Source: Paraspadella gotoi
Lineage: Eukaryota; Animalia; Chaetognatha
Assembly (NCBI GenBank): GCA_051294375.1
Contig: CM119269.1
Span: 22,741,808 to 22,805,807 of the forward strand
Reading direction: 5' to 3'
Length of the DNA: 64,000 nt
Shown: positions 1 to 12,722 of the stretch, in pieces
Layout: every line of letters begins with the position of its first letter
How positions within the stretch are numbered: position 1 is the stretch's first letter
Notes under the pieces: model-generated
Seen by the model: the letters and a program-made list of their open reading frames with translations, nothing else
Databases searched by the model: none
Told to the model about the DNA's origin: nothing
Translations under genes and position numbers: made by a program

Positions 1-773
1 GAGCGGGAGGTTTAGACCGCAAATTCTAAAAATTATACTATAATATCAGCAGATATTTTTTTTGCAATTTAGTGTAAAACTGGTTGTACCAATTACATTT
101 GTTAATAACATTCATAAGTAAAATCCGCGAGATGATTTTCTTCTTCGTTTTCTTCAATTTTTAATACAATATCAATACAATCTTAATACAATATCAATCA
201 TTCAATTAAAGTTAATTTTTTATAAACTCAATCTAATTTAGTAATATTAGAAGAATCTATCTCCTACACTAATAGCAGTTTTACAAGCAGTTGACACGCT
301 TTTTACAAGCTTTTTTTGCCTGGCATCAGTTTCGGTGATGTAAGCGGATAGGAGATCTCCGCTCCTCGAGATATTCGCTAAAAGGACGGAGGAGGAAGAG
401 GAGGAAGAAGAGGAGGAGGAAAATCCTACTTCTTAAGTTAAAAGACGAAAAAGGAAAGAAGAGTAGGGTGGCCGGTGGCTCAACTAATTTTTTTTCCTTT
501 AATTCATATAGATATTTTTAATATTTATTATTACTATATTGAAATAAAACTTTTTATTTTATTTAATCAAAACAAAAATAAATAATCAATATCTTAAAAT
601 TTAAAAAAAAATGAAATATGAAAAAATATTTTAACAATAAAATATAAAAATTATATTTTTAAAAAATGGTAACGATAATTTAAAAAGAATAATAAAATAT
701 GAAACTATAAAACTATTAAAATTATAAATATACATATATATCTCATATATATATCTCATCAAATAAATTCACC

Positions 774-818
<45 letters not shown>

Positions 819-3197
819 CAGTAATTACACCCAGCCTAGTGTCCGAGTTGATAATTCCACTAAGTTATGATATAGGAGAAGCGGGGAAGGACGGGCTGGC
901 GATAACGAGGGAAAGAGGGAGTTCGATCGGGGGTTAAGCCAAGTTTTAGCGTTGTTTAAAGAACATTTAATTGTAAAAGTATTTGTTTGTTAATATTTGT
1001 ATTAATATTAATATTTGTTAATCTGCTACATTTGTTTGGATAATAGTTACGCAAAACATTTCAGTTTTAATCAATCAAAAAAATTAAAATTCGCTGGAAT
1101 AAGAAATAAGAAATAACGAAGAAGAAGAGAAGGGAGGGAGGAAGAAAGAAAATAAAGAGGAGGAAGAAAGAGAAAAAAAAGGAAAGGGAGAAAGGAAGAT
1201 AAAGGGAGGACAGAAAGAAAGGAAGGAAAGAAAAGGGTAGAAAAGAAAGGGAGAACAGAAAAGAAGAAAGAAAGGAGGAAAAGAAAGAGAAGAAAGAAAA
1301 AGGGAAGGGGAAGAAAGGGAGAAAGAAAAGAAAAAAGGAAGAGGAGGAAAGGGAGAAAGAATAGAAAAAGGGAAGGGGAAGAAAGGGAGAAAGAAAAGAA
1401 AAAGGGAAGGGGAGGAAAGGGAGAAAGAAAAGAAAAAGGTTTGGAAGAAAAGGAAAGAAAAGAAAAAGTAAAGAGTTTCATCCCCGCGAGGCACAAAAAC
1501 GTTAATGGAGGATAAGCGGAGACCCGCTGAAGCAGCAGCGGCGCAGCGGCGCAGCGGCGCAGCGGCGACTCAAAAATCCTCTTCGCTAAAAACGTAATTC
1601 GCTCCTTTTAAAACGAAGGATTTCACGAGCCGACAAATCGTCGCCGGTTGCCGACAAATCGTCGCCGGTTGCCGACAAATCGTCGCCGGTTGCCGACAGT
1701 TGGGGAAAGAATTAATTAAGCGTTAAAACTTAAATAATCCTTCGTCTATAAAAGTGTAAAATAAAAAAAAAGAGAACAAAATACGTTGCTTCATTTTATT
1801 ATTTCTTTTTCAGTTGGAATGTTTCTTATACAAATATAATTCAACTTTAACCGATTTTAGCAATTTTTGGTTTCGCCAATTGACTTGCATACTGTTACTA
1901 ATGACAATAAGAAACTTTCGATCTCTACGTGAGAGTAATGAGTGACCACTGACCACGTTAACATTGTAACTTTTATAATTATTACACGTATGTACTATGT
2001 AGCCTTAGTTTCACGGACTATAAATGTGAACCGAAAATGTAGAGGATAACAATCTCGGGAAAATTATTTATCTTTTCTGACCGGCGATTTTCTTTTCATC
2101 TTCCGTTGCTACTTAACTTGTTTTACTTTAATCTTTTAAACCAAATAATTTTAATCACCTAATATAAACAATAAAAGACATTTATTAAGCAATCCAAAAA
2201 TGTAAAGCCGACAAACGGGGGACAAAAAAAAGGCAACAATGAAACGTTAACAAAAATACAATTCCAAAGGTTAAAAGTTAAGAAAAAAGAAAATTGAGGA
2301 ACATTTCATTTTAGGTCTTCAATGAAAGCATAGGGAAAAAGTGTAATTTTTAAAGACAAGTTTACGCGAGATATAAAAAATAATGCTATGAAATACTCTA
2401 TCACCTTTGACGGGACATTTTCAATCCGTAGAGCAACAAATAATCTCACCTCTTTGCCAATCAAATCAATCAATCATCAATCAAACGGTGTCACAATATT
2501 TGCGCTAAAAAGAAACCACGAGTGATTCTATCTAAGAGTCCGATTCTAAGACTAAATGTATTTTCACGATGTAAATTTTTCAAATGAATGGAGCTTTTTT
2601 TTTTAAATTTCTTAAAAAATAAACAAAAAAGAGGGACTATCTCGGAAAAAAGAGCCCATCAATGAATGACACAATGATTTCATTTAAAAACAAAAGAACA
2701 CTTCACAGAAAAAGCAATAAAAAAATAGGAATATCTTTGATGAAACCCCCGACGCGGGCTTTTTCGTCTGAGAAGGATTTTCCGAGTAGTAATTCGTTTT
2801 TGAGTGGAAATACCAATAGTTTTTTCTAAAAAAAGGGAAAAAGAGGGATTTTTGCCTATTGGTCACGATTGATGTTCAGGGACGGATTGACGGACAGACG
2901 GGAACATGGGAAGACAGAAAGAAGTATGACAGAAAGACAGGAAAAATATATGACTAAAGATAGAAAATCTTTTTAAAAACGGAGCCGCTTTTGATTCAAG
3001 AGACGCTCATTGGAGAAAGAGAGATAGCCTCACTTTTAAAAACCGACGACATGATAATTCGTGGGCCAGATCCAAGAACTGACATCTTATGACAACAGAC
3101 ATCTTATGAACTCTCAAATCATTTGCGGAGTTGATGAATCTATGAGAAATACCTTAACCCTCGTGGCAAGTCGCCACACCCTCTCTCAACTCCCCCT

Positions 3198-6100
3198 TCA
3201 AGCGAAGACGTGCACCCTCTCCACCCCGACACCCAATTCCTCCAACGCGGATTCAGCGGCGACGTTGAATTCCGGAGATCCGCAGACGACGAAGGCGACG
3301 TCGTCGACGGAAGTGGGCGGGGCCGCGGTGGAACTGTCTGGCGCCGTGACGCGAATGGGCGTGACGGATTCGGGAGACGATGACGCGAGGCATTCGCGTA
3401 CGTGACGGGCCGACACGTGTCCGCGACGTCCGGTCCAAGAGGCGTCCGCGTCGCTGAGTATGTGGTCCGCGAGGAACCTGGACGGAAGTGATTGATGTTA
3501 TTTAAAAAGGCTTTGAAAAAGTATAATTAATGATGATGTACTAGTAATATTAATACACGTAAAGTGAAGAAGCATAAGCGCTGCTTATTAAGCTGATTAA
3601 GCAGTCTTGACTGCTGACTTTGGACAGGCTAGGATGGGTTAAGGTCTATCTATCCCTCTTACAAGTTTATTAAACAGCAGCACGATGCAAACTTTCACAG
3701 ACTAACTTCGAGAATGCTTGGCTTCCCTAATAATAAGACATACAGCAAGTGTCAAGAGTAAACAAAACTCCCAATATCAAAATAGACCGTGGGCGTAACT
3801 TACCTTTCCGGGTAAGCGTCGCAGAGTCGACTCCACGTCGAGTGGAGCAAAATGTCTTCCTCGGTTCGATTGAAGAAGATCAAGTGGAGAGATTCGGTGG
3901 AGCGGGATGGGGGAGGGGAAGAGGGGTTGAGGAGCTGTGGCGGGGGAGTGAGGTAAGTGGAGTGAATAAAAATTAATAAAGAGTAAGAAAAATTAAGAAT
4001 AGATGAAATTGTTGGGAAAATAGTCGATATGGAATTTGTAAATATTGAGGCCAAACTAGAGGCCAAAATTGGGCTTAAGAGAGAGGCCAAACGCACTTCA
4101 GTTACACAGTTTCGATGTTCTTAATAAAGTTTTAATATTTGATTTGAAAAAAACATCAAGCATTTCTTTGAAAATTTTTCGAAAGCCTAGATAAGTCCAA
4201 TTGCTTAAAACTACGTTCTCAAGTAGCTAGAACTTTTTAATTATCGCATCAATGATGCGCAAAGACAACTCATTTATTTATATCATGTGTCAACGAAACA
4301 AACTTATCCATCTATCAAGATATCTCTCTCTCTTCACTTCCCCCCCCCCTGCCCACGAACCTGACTAATAATCCCCGTCATGGGAGTGATTCCCGTCCCG
4401 GCCGCCAACAGACACACCCTCCGGCAACTTTCCGGAAACTCCTCCATCCCGGCGAAGGCGTTGCCATGCCAACCCGCGCCGATTTCCATCTCGTGGCCGG
4501 GAGATAAATCGGCGAGAGTTTTGGTGAATTCGCCGGAGGAGTAAGATTTGACGAGGAAGAGGAGACTGTTGTCGTTGTTGTCGTCGTTCTCGTCCTCTTC
4601 CAACAACAACGCCGCCTCCACGGGCGTGTACGGACGCGTCGAGACTTTCCCCTCATCCACTCGGCGCCGTAAGAAGACGTGAGCGCCGGGCGGCGGCGCT
4701 AGATGATGCAGCGCCGGGAGGCGGATTCGGAGGCGAAAACAGTTGTGGTTGAGGCGAGAGGAGGAAGCGATGGTGACGCGCCACGTCGCTTCCGGATCGA
4801 GAGAGGAAGCGAAGGATAGATGGCGCTCGGTTGGCGTGCCGAAGGATGTCCAATGGAGGCGGGGTTGAGATTTGGTGAGGAGGAGTTCCACTCTGTGGAA
4901 GGGGGGGGGGAAGTGAGGCTAAGTCATGACGATACTTCGGGACTGGAGAGAATGAGAAAAGGGGGTTGAAGAAAAAAAGCTTTGCGCATTTTCTCATCTA
5001 CAGAGAGAGAGACACAAAGAAGAGAAAGGAAGACAGAGATTTAATGAGATTTACCATTTTATTTCTACTTCTTTAAATCTATTGTCTTTTTCCTAAGTAT
5101 GAAAGTTAACCCAAAGAAATTCCTTCCTTCCTTCAATCTTTCACTACCTCATTTTCTCTCTCTCTCTNNNNNNNNNNCTCTCTCTTCAGTCTTCACCTGC
5201 ATCCTCCCGTCTTATGTCTAAACTCCAACCCCTCGTCGGCGTCCAATCCCGAGTGGAGGCGCCACTCGAGCGTCGCCACGCCGTCCTCCAGCAAAGCGTC
5301 GACGCGGAATCGATCGTCGACGGCGTCGTGGGAGATGACGAGGTCGCAGGGACGCAGCGCCGGCTGCAGGACGCCGCGGCGGGAGGGAGAGAGACGACGA
5401 GATGGAGACGGGCCTCGTTTTGGAACCAATCAGAGCGGAGGGGGGCGGAGGAGGTGGCGGAGGAGGCGGTGGAGGATGAGGTCGTGGCGGTGGAGGAACG
5501 CTGAAAGGGGGTGGGGGGGGGGGAGGGAGGGAGAGAGAGACGCGATAAGTGGCCCCTTGAGGCAGCCATGGAACGGGTCCTGGACTTGGAACGAGGCTTG
5601 GGGGTTTTCCACGCCCCCAAGGCGGTTTCAGGCCGTCCTCACGCTTCCCGCAGTGTAGGTATTATTGGGGATCGATCCCGGTACTTAAGGGTCATGAACT
5701 CAATGATCCACCGGATCATGCTTATAAGCAAGGTGAACCTATTGCAATGCCAGAGGACAGAGTGACAATTAGATAGTCAGTCACGGGAAAGGGTAAGAAA
5801 GTATAAAGAGGAACTATCCGCGCTTGACTTACCTTCGTGGAAAGCGAGTCGGGAGGAAAGAGAGACGAAACGCCGGAGGATGAGGTGACAGGTGGCGCCA
5901 CTGACGGAATTAACAAAAGATTGAAATAAACAAAAGACAAAACAAAAATTGAAACGGGGAAAAAAATTCTTTTTTCAATGATTAATTATAAATTTATGAA
6001 TGATAATAATCTTAGTAATATGTAAACTAGTAATAATTTAAATTAACCATAATTAAATGACATCCTACTTTTTTCGTCGACGTCTTCGTTTCTCGGCGTA

Positions 6101-7227
6101 GTGGATTCTACGCCGACGGACGAGACGAGTTTCCCGACTAAAGTGGCCGAGATCATTGATTCAAGATTCACCCACGGATGAATCTGTGATTAATCGATTG
6201 AATATAAGAGTTATGAATGTGAGAAGAATTAAATAATAGGTAAGAATTATAAATATGAGATTCGTGAAAGAATTGTATAGAGTCAAACTTAGAAATGATG
6301 AGTCGGAGATCATGAAATCGAATTGTATTTTGTACTCGGGAGTCAAACGCAGGAAAGAAATCCCAGATTCAGGAATTTTAAATACAAATAAGACATTCAG
6401 ATAGTAATTAAACTAAAAATTAGCCAAAGATTGAGCATAGTAGCATTGAATTATTCAGAATACTGAGACAAGTCAATAAATAAATAACTTTGAAGTAAAC
6501 CAATGATACTTTGGGCCAGGGTGAGTCACTCTCGACCCTTACCTCGTCGAAGAGTTGGCTGCCGTCGCTCCCCGCCGCCCTCATTAGTTCCTCCACGCCC
6601 CCAGGATGATAATCCAAGTAAGGGGTCATGTTGTAAACGAGGCCGCGGAAGGAGACCCAACAGTCCTCCTCTTTGTTGTGACGAGATAATTCCTCGAGGG
6701 TCACTTTTTGGAGCTGACCTGGAAAGTGGAGAGGATTGGGGGAGGAAGGAAAGGGTAAATGGAGGAAAGGGAAAATGGAGGAAAGGGCAAATGAAGGAAA
6801 GGGTAAGTGGAGTAAAAGGAGAAAATGGAAAATAGAGGAAGCGGAAAAAGGTGGGAAGAATAACAGACAAAAAGACAATGAAGATAAAAAGTAAATTAGG
6901 GTTAGGGAAGAGATATAGAGAGGAAAGGAAAAATAAGAAAAACGCCATAGTTGAGCCGCTTTCACCTTTGGTTCCCGCCAAATCCTTCCCGCTCTTCGTC
7001 AATCGAATCCAGTCCATGAGACTGTGACCCGGTTTGAGCCCGACCTTCCCGCGCGACCCCGACGATCTCGCGCTGTTGGGTCTCGTCGGCACGTCCGCCA
7101 TGGGAGAGGAGGAGGGGATCGCCAGCGAAGCGGATCGTCCGCTCGAGGAGGCGACTTGAGGAGAACCTCGAGCGGGGAAGGAGGGCACGCCGAGGGTGTT
7201 GGAGGACGGGGGGGCGTCGCGGGACAT
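3198..7227 (-). CDS. CYB5R4: Cytochrome b5 reductase 4 (b5 + CS + FAD/NAD reductase domains), 8 exons
   Basis: Exons 7227-6966, 6718-6543, 6183-6069, 5900-5833, 5500-5197, 4892-4361, 3934-3804, 3477-3198, all GT-AG. Motifs KVGLKPGHSLMDWIRL, YLDYHPGG (heme), IHPWVN, SDWFQ (CS), RPYTP, AAGTGITPM, VCGSPEF. One frame break near 5385. Confidence 0.93.
5168..5177. other. Assembly gap (10 N) inside a (CT)n tract
   Basis: Run of n in the sequence. Confidence 0.99.
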
Positions 7228-7654
7228 TTCGGGGGAAATCTTTCGTGGAAGAGGGGAGGGGGAGGTGGGGGAGCGGAGTTGAAGTCGGTTCGTTTAATAT
7301 AGACTTTAAAAAGTTTAAACCTCAAACCCGAAATAAAGTTTAAAGGATTTATAATAGGCCAAGTATAGACTCGGAATAGTTACTTGCGTGATCAGCGGTA
7401 AGATGCGAGAACTGGTCAACTGTAATGGTTGTTAAGAGGGAAGAGAAATCGGTTTTTTTAAATAATTTAAGCCTTAAATATGTTACGAACCAGCGCCTCT
7501 TGCGGCCGACGACAAGATGAGGCATTTAAAACGATAAAATTTCAAATCAATGTGAAATTAACTCAAAAGTTGGCTGAGATACAAAAGCAAACAGTCGAGA
7601 GCGAAATTGGCATCAAATGTTAATAATAATAATAATAATAATTACGTTAATAAC

Positions 7655-7685
<31 letters not shown>

Positions 7686-9018
7686 TACGAAAGTGTTATC
7701 GCGATCTTGTCCAAATCGAAGAAAACAAAACAATAACTAAACTTGGAAAATCCGTGAAAAGTCGAAGACGTGAATTTCGATCTTTCACAAAGCTTTTCAC
7801 GGGGTGATTCGAGTGTTTTGTCTCCTTTTATACAATTTATATTTTAATATTTCAATGAATATAATGCACCGATGGAATGAAACTTGGAAAAAATAAACCT
7901 ACCAGTTTATCTTTTTAATTTTCAGGGGACTTGGAGGGTCTGAAATAAATGACGATTGACAATGGACAAAAACATTAAACGAATTGACATGTTATTAAAA
8001 AAATAGGAAAATAGTTAACCTGAGATCTCCACCATGGGCTGGGTCTGTTGACGGGGTGAAGACAGGAGCACCCCATCCCCATTCCAACTTCACTTCTGCG
8101 AATTCACTGTCAAGACCTGGAAGGGAAGTCAATATAGTCAGGATTAAAATACTAAGTTATAAAATGAAATTCGTAAAAAATTAAAATCATCAATTTATTC
8201 TTGAAATGAATACATACACTGTCCCGTGACTTTAGACAGGTTATTCCCTCTATGACCTCTACTCGAGCTGCATATACTTTATTAAACATGTTAAAAACAA
8301 TTTTAAAACCTTAATCTCACAACTTGTAAGATTAATAAATAAGTTTACCAATTAGCTAAGTAACGCTATTAACTTACCTTTGCTAAGAACTCGTTCGCAA
8401 CGAAGGACAACGACAACAATTCCATTTTTTTTGGGAAAATAAAAGTTGTCAACGACGAGAAGGGGGGCGGAGGTAGGACGGGGGGGGGGAGAATTCTCAG
8501 CGACAAAAAAAAAACCCGTCGCCCGTCAACACGCGAGATGACCTTACCTTTCTTACCTACCTCTTCTATTCAACTTACCTTTTATCTCTATTTCCAGAGA
8601 CCCCAGCCCTTTTGCACGCGGCTCGAGAGTTTTAAAACGAATTCCCAGTCGTGTACGGCACGACGTTTGGGGCCTGGCTACGAGGCCCGGTCTATTGCAT
8701 AACGGCGGGCTCGATCGTGGGATGTAAGGAAGTTAGTGGCAGAGAGTCGGCAATGATGATCAATGATCAGGATGACTCGCTCTCTATTAGAATCTAGACC
8801 CTCATAATCTAGACCCACATAATTGTCCCCCCACCACAACAGATTTTTTTGCCAAACAATTAGGATTAAAATGGAGTCGTAGAAATCTATTTTCCCGTAA
8901 ACCTATTTCTGGGATTTAGTAACTCCTTATGGTGGACTAAAATCCGATCAAAACAAAAAACTCAGATTGTCTCTCTCTCTATCTGGCTCACCGGATGAAA
9001 CGAGTTTCGGAGGACGGG

Positions 9019-9154
9019 ATGAGCTACTCGGTGCGCGAACGCGGCGCCGCCGACTCCACCGATTATCGACTCTTCTTCGCCGACGGAAAAGGAAACTACA
9101 TCAGTCCCTTTCACGATGTGCCGCTCCTGGCCGATCCGGAGAGGAAGGTGAGAG

Positions 9155-9195
<41 letters not shown>

Positions 9196-12100
9196 GTTTT
9201 GATAGCGTGACTCACACATAGTGAAGCGGGAGAATTCAATTTGAAAGCGGAAAGAGAGAAATGGAATGAGGAAGTGAAGAGCGTGAAATTTAGTGTTAGT
9301 GAAATGAGGACAAAGTTGAAACGCGGTTTTAAATAAAATTAGAGCGAAACATAAAACTCGCTGAGAGACAAGAAATAGAGAGGGAAAGATAAATCTGTAT
9401 CTCTTTAAAGGTGGGAAATCTTAAACACATGAGAAGATTGAATTGTCATTGTCGTCCCATATTACTTGTCAATAAAACTCCTATTTCTCCTATAATAAAA
9501 ACCACGCCTAACTTACGTCATTGACTGCTATCAGTTACGCTACATCTCTGTCTCTCTCTTAATTTCAGAGTCTCTCACTCTCATTATTTCCTGTTCTTAT
9601 AAAGGACGCAGCCCGCGCCCACACCCTCTGATGATCTTCGCCCCTCCCCCCCCAGTTGTACAACATGGTGGTTGAGATTCCGCGATGGACAAACGCGAAG
9701 ATGGAGATGGCGACGAAAGAGGCGCTCAACCCCATCAAGCAGGACGTCAAAAAGGGTCAGCTCAGATTCGTCTCAAACTGCTTTCCCCATCATGGATACA
9801 TATGGAACTACGGAGCATTGCCGCAGGTAAGCTCATTGACGCAGGTAAACTCATTGACGCAGGTAAGCTCATTGACGCAGGTAAGCTCATTGACGCAGGT
9901 AAGCTCATTGACGCAGGTAAGCTCACAAGCTTGACGATTGTATTTTTTTTTCAAACGGTTGATTGCCGAGTCATAAAACCTCTAGGAGAAGGCGCTTCGT
10001 TATACATAAGGAGTAGTGATTTTGTACATTTGCAAGTTTATAAAAATATTATAACATTTTATCGGTGGAGATGCAAGGGGCTCTGTGATTTCATAAACTG
10101 TAACAGTGAGAGAATCTGAATTGAAAGGGTGGTGGTAGTGAATTCACCACCAAAGGGTCCAGCTACTCCTGCTAGGTGGTTATCTTGTAAGAGGGATAGA
10201 GACCTTAACCTACCATAATCATAATATGTTTTCATAATATTGTCCGAAGACAAAATAGTTTATTTATTAAATGTATGGATAAATTCTCTTGATCGCCACA
10301 GTTTTACCAAGTCAATTTTACCAATTATTATTAAGAATATTTCTTTCGTTTCCATTCATTTTTTTCCCCATCTCTCGAAAGACTTGGGAAGACACGGACC
10401 AAGTGGACGAGCACACGAAGGAACCAGGAGACGGGGATCCCATAGACATTTGCGAAATCGGCGAACGCGTCGCGCGCAGAGGAGAGATCATTCAGGTTTG
10501 ACATCGAGGACTTGGCATTGGCAGAATCGTTGGTGCACCTTGCTTTTAATTCGATCTTCAATGACAAAGAGGAGGGTCGTTGAGCTTTCGATCCATCGAT
10601 CTTATTTATTCGTTCGATATCTTTCGGTCTTTCGATGTCATTTTGTTTTTCGATCCGTGTAAATCCTCCATCGATCTCAATCGATCTCTCTCGATCTTTT
10701 CTTCGAGGTGAAAATCCTGGGCGTCTTGGCGATGATCGACGAGGGAGAGACGGACTGGAAGTTGATCGCCATCGACGTCAAAGATCCTTTGGCCAAAATT
10801 CTCAACGACGTCGCCGACGTGGAAGAAAAGATGCCGGGTAAGGGCGCGTTGTTGTTGTTGTCGTTGGGAAAAGGTGAGTTCGAAGCTTGCCTTTCGTCTG
10901 GTAATTTAGGCTGGACAAAAAAAAAAAAGAGAGAATTTCCCGGATCAATTAAAAAAATGGACGGTTTTTTTTTTTACTTGAGCAGGGGATTTGGAAAAAT
11001 AGAAAAACATTTTCAAAAATTAATATGCGATTAACTGAAATGTTTTACTCTGGAATAAACGTAAACTTTGTCTTACGTTTTCCGCGAAAATATAATCAAC
11101 TTTGAAAATACTTACAAATATAATGTGCAATTAAATTTTAAAGATTTCCGGGAAACTTTAGTCAGATAATAAAATATAAAAAAAAGTAAAACAAAAAAAA
11201 TACCTCGCGTTGTGATTTGTAAGAAAAAAATTGTGAAATGTTTCTTTCACATGATGATGATGATGATGATGATGAAGATTATCATCACGTGATTATAATC
11301 AACTGGATAATTTAAACAATTCTTCGCTCGCGCGCGAAATTAAACGACGGGCTCGGGAAAAAAAAAATAAAATAAACAATCAGCGTTAAAAAAAAAGAAG
11401 AAAATTTAACGCGAAAGATTTATATAAAAAAAAATCATCTTTGGCAAAAAACGTCCAACTGACGTTTCCTTTCTTTCTTTTTTTTCGAAACGTAACAACT
11501 TAAAACTTGGATCAGATACCAAAAATTCGAATAATTTGGTACAATAAACGGATACAATACTTTTTACAATACGCGTTCGTCCTCTAATTACGCTTTAAAT
11601 CGGGGCGGAGGGGGGAATGACTCGATTCCCTTCAACTTTTTCCTACATTTTTAATCTTTCCCATTATTTTGTTAATCTTTCCCATTATTTTGTTAATCTT
11701 TCCCATTTTCTTTTTTAAATCTTATTCTTTTTTAATCTTTCCTATTCTTTTCTAAACTCCCCCCATCCTTCCCTATCCAAAGTATCCATTCCCTATCCAA
11801 AGTATCCATTCCCCACCCCGACAACCAAAAAAAACTTTCCCTCCTTCTTCTCGTCATCAGTCTAAAAGCGGAGCGTAGTTTCCGCTGACCTCGTTGCATC
11901 CGCAGCAGCAGCTGCCGTAGCAGCCTCCGCCGTCGTCCTCGATCGGCTCCAAATCCGGGAGATCGAAGAGGCCGTCGACTTGGCCGATCGGCGACGCGGA
12001 ACCCGAACTTGCGGAATCTCGATGCCATCTCGCGGCCGTTCTCTCTTCGTCGTCGTTGTTGTTGTTGTCGTCGAGGACTTTGTTCCCCGGCCGACGAACC

Positions 12101-12672
12101 TCCCAACCGGATTTGGAGAGCTTGAAATAAGGCAGGGGCGATGGCAACTGAGCCGGGGCGGGCGGCGTTCGGAAAGGGCTGCAGAGAGCCTTAGGCGGTA
12201 ATAAGGAAGAAGGGCGGGAGGAGGAGGAGGAGACGACGGGTTTGATAGAGGCGCGGAGAATTAAGGAACGAGGAAGAAGAGAAGGAGGGAGGGGGGGCGC
12301 TGGTGTCGCCGCCGCCGTCGCGGAGACGGTGGGCGTGGCCGTCGATTCCGTCTCCTCCGGGAAGAGGATCTTCTCCTCGGGACGAAGTTGAACGACGCGA
12401 AGGAAATATTTGATCGGGAGGCGACCGTCGACATCGCCGGGAGTAAGTATCACTTTGTTGGTGGATATGAAGAATTGGAAGGAGTCTCTGGGGTTTAATA
12501 TTTAATTAATTATTAATTAAATGCTGACCTGAACCACCAACGAGTTAAGTTAAATAACAATTATTTGTTTCAGAGTCATGACAATATTTAACCTTTATGA
12601 TAATCAAATAAGAGTTAATCAATACTTTATTAAAACACGACAATATGCAAATGAGATTTGAAATTATGCACA

Positions 12673-12722
<50 letters not shown>

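Noticed and set aside
1071-1496. Phe/Leu/Ser-rich ORFs
   Set aside because: Translation of a purine-rich low-complexity tract; no domain or splice context.
1535-1700. GCAGCGGC and 21-bp GCCGACAAATCGTCGCCGGTT repeats as a CRISPR array
   Set aside because: Head-to-tail repeats without unique spacers, no cas genes, eukaryotic context.
8598-8723. Arg-rich candidate exon as a mitochondrial presequence for the pyrophosphatase
   Set aside because: No ATG-bearing upstream exon found, and its exit phase does not fit the acceptor at 8965.
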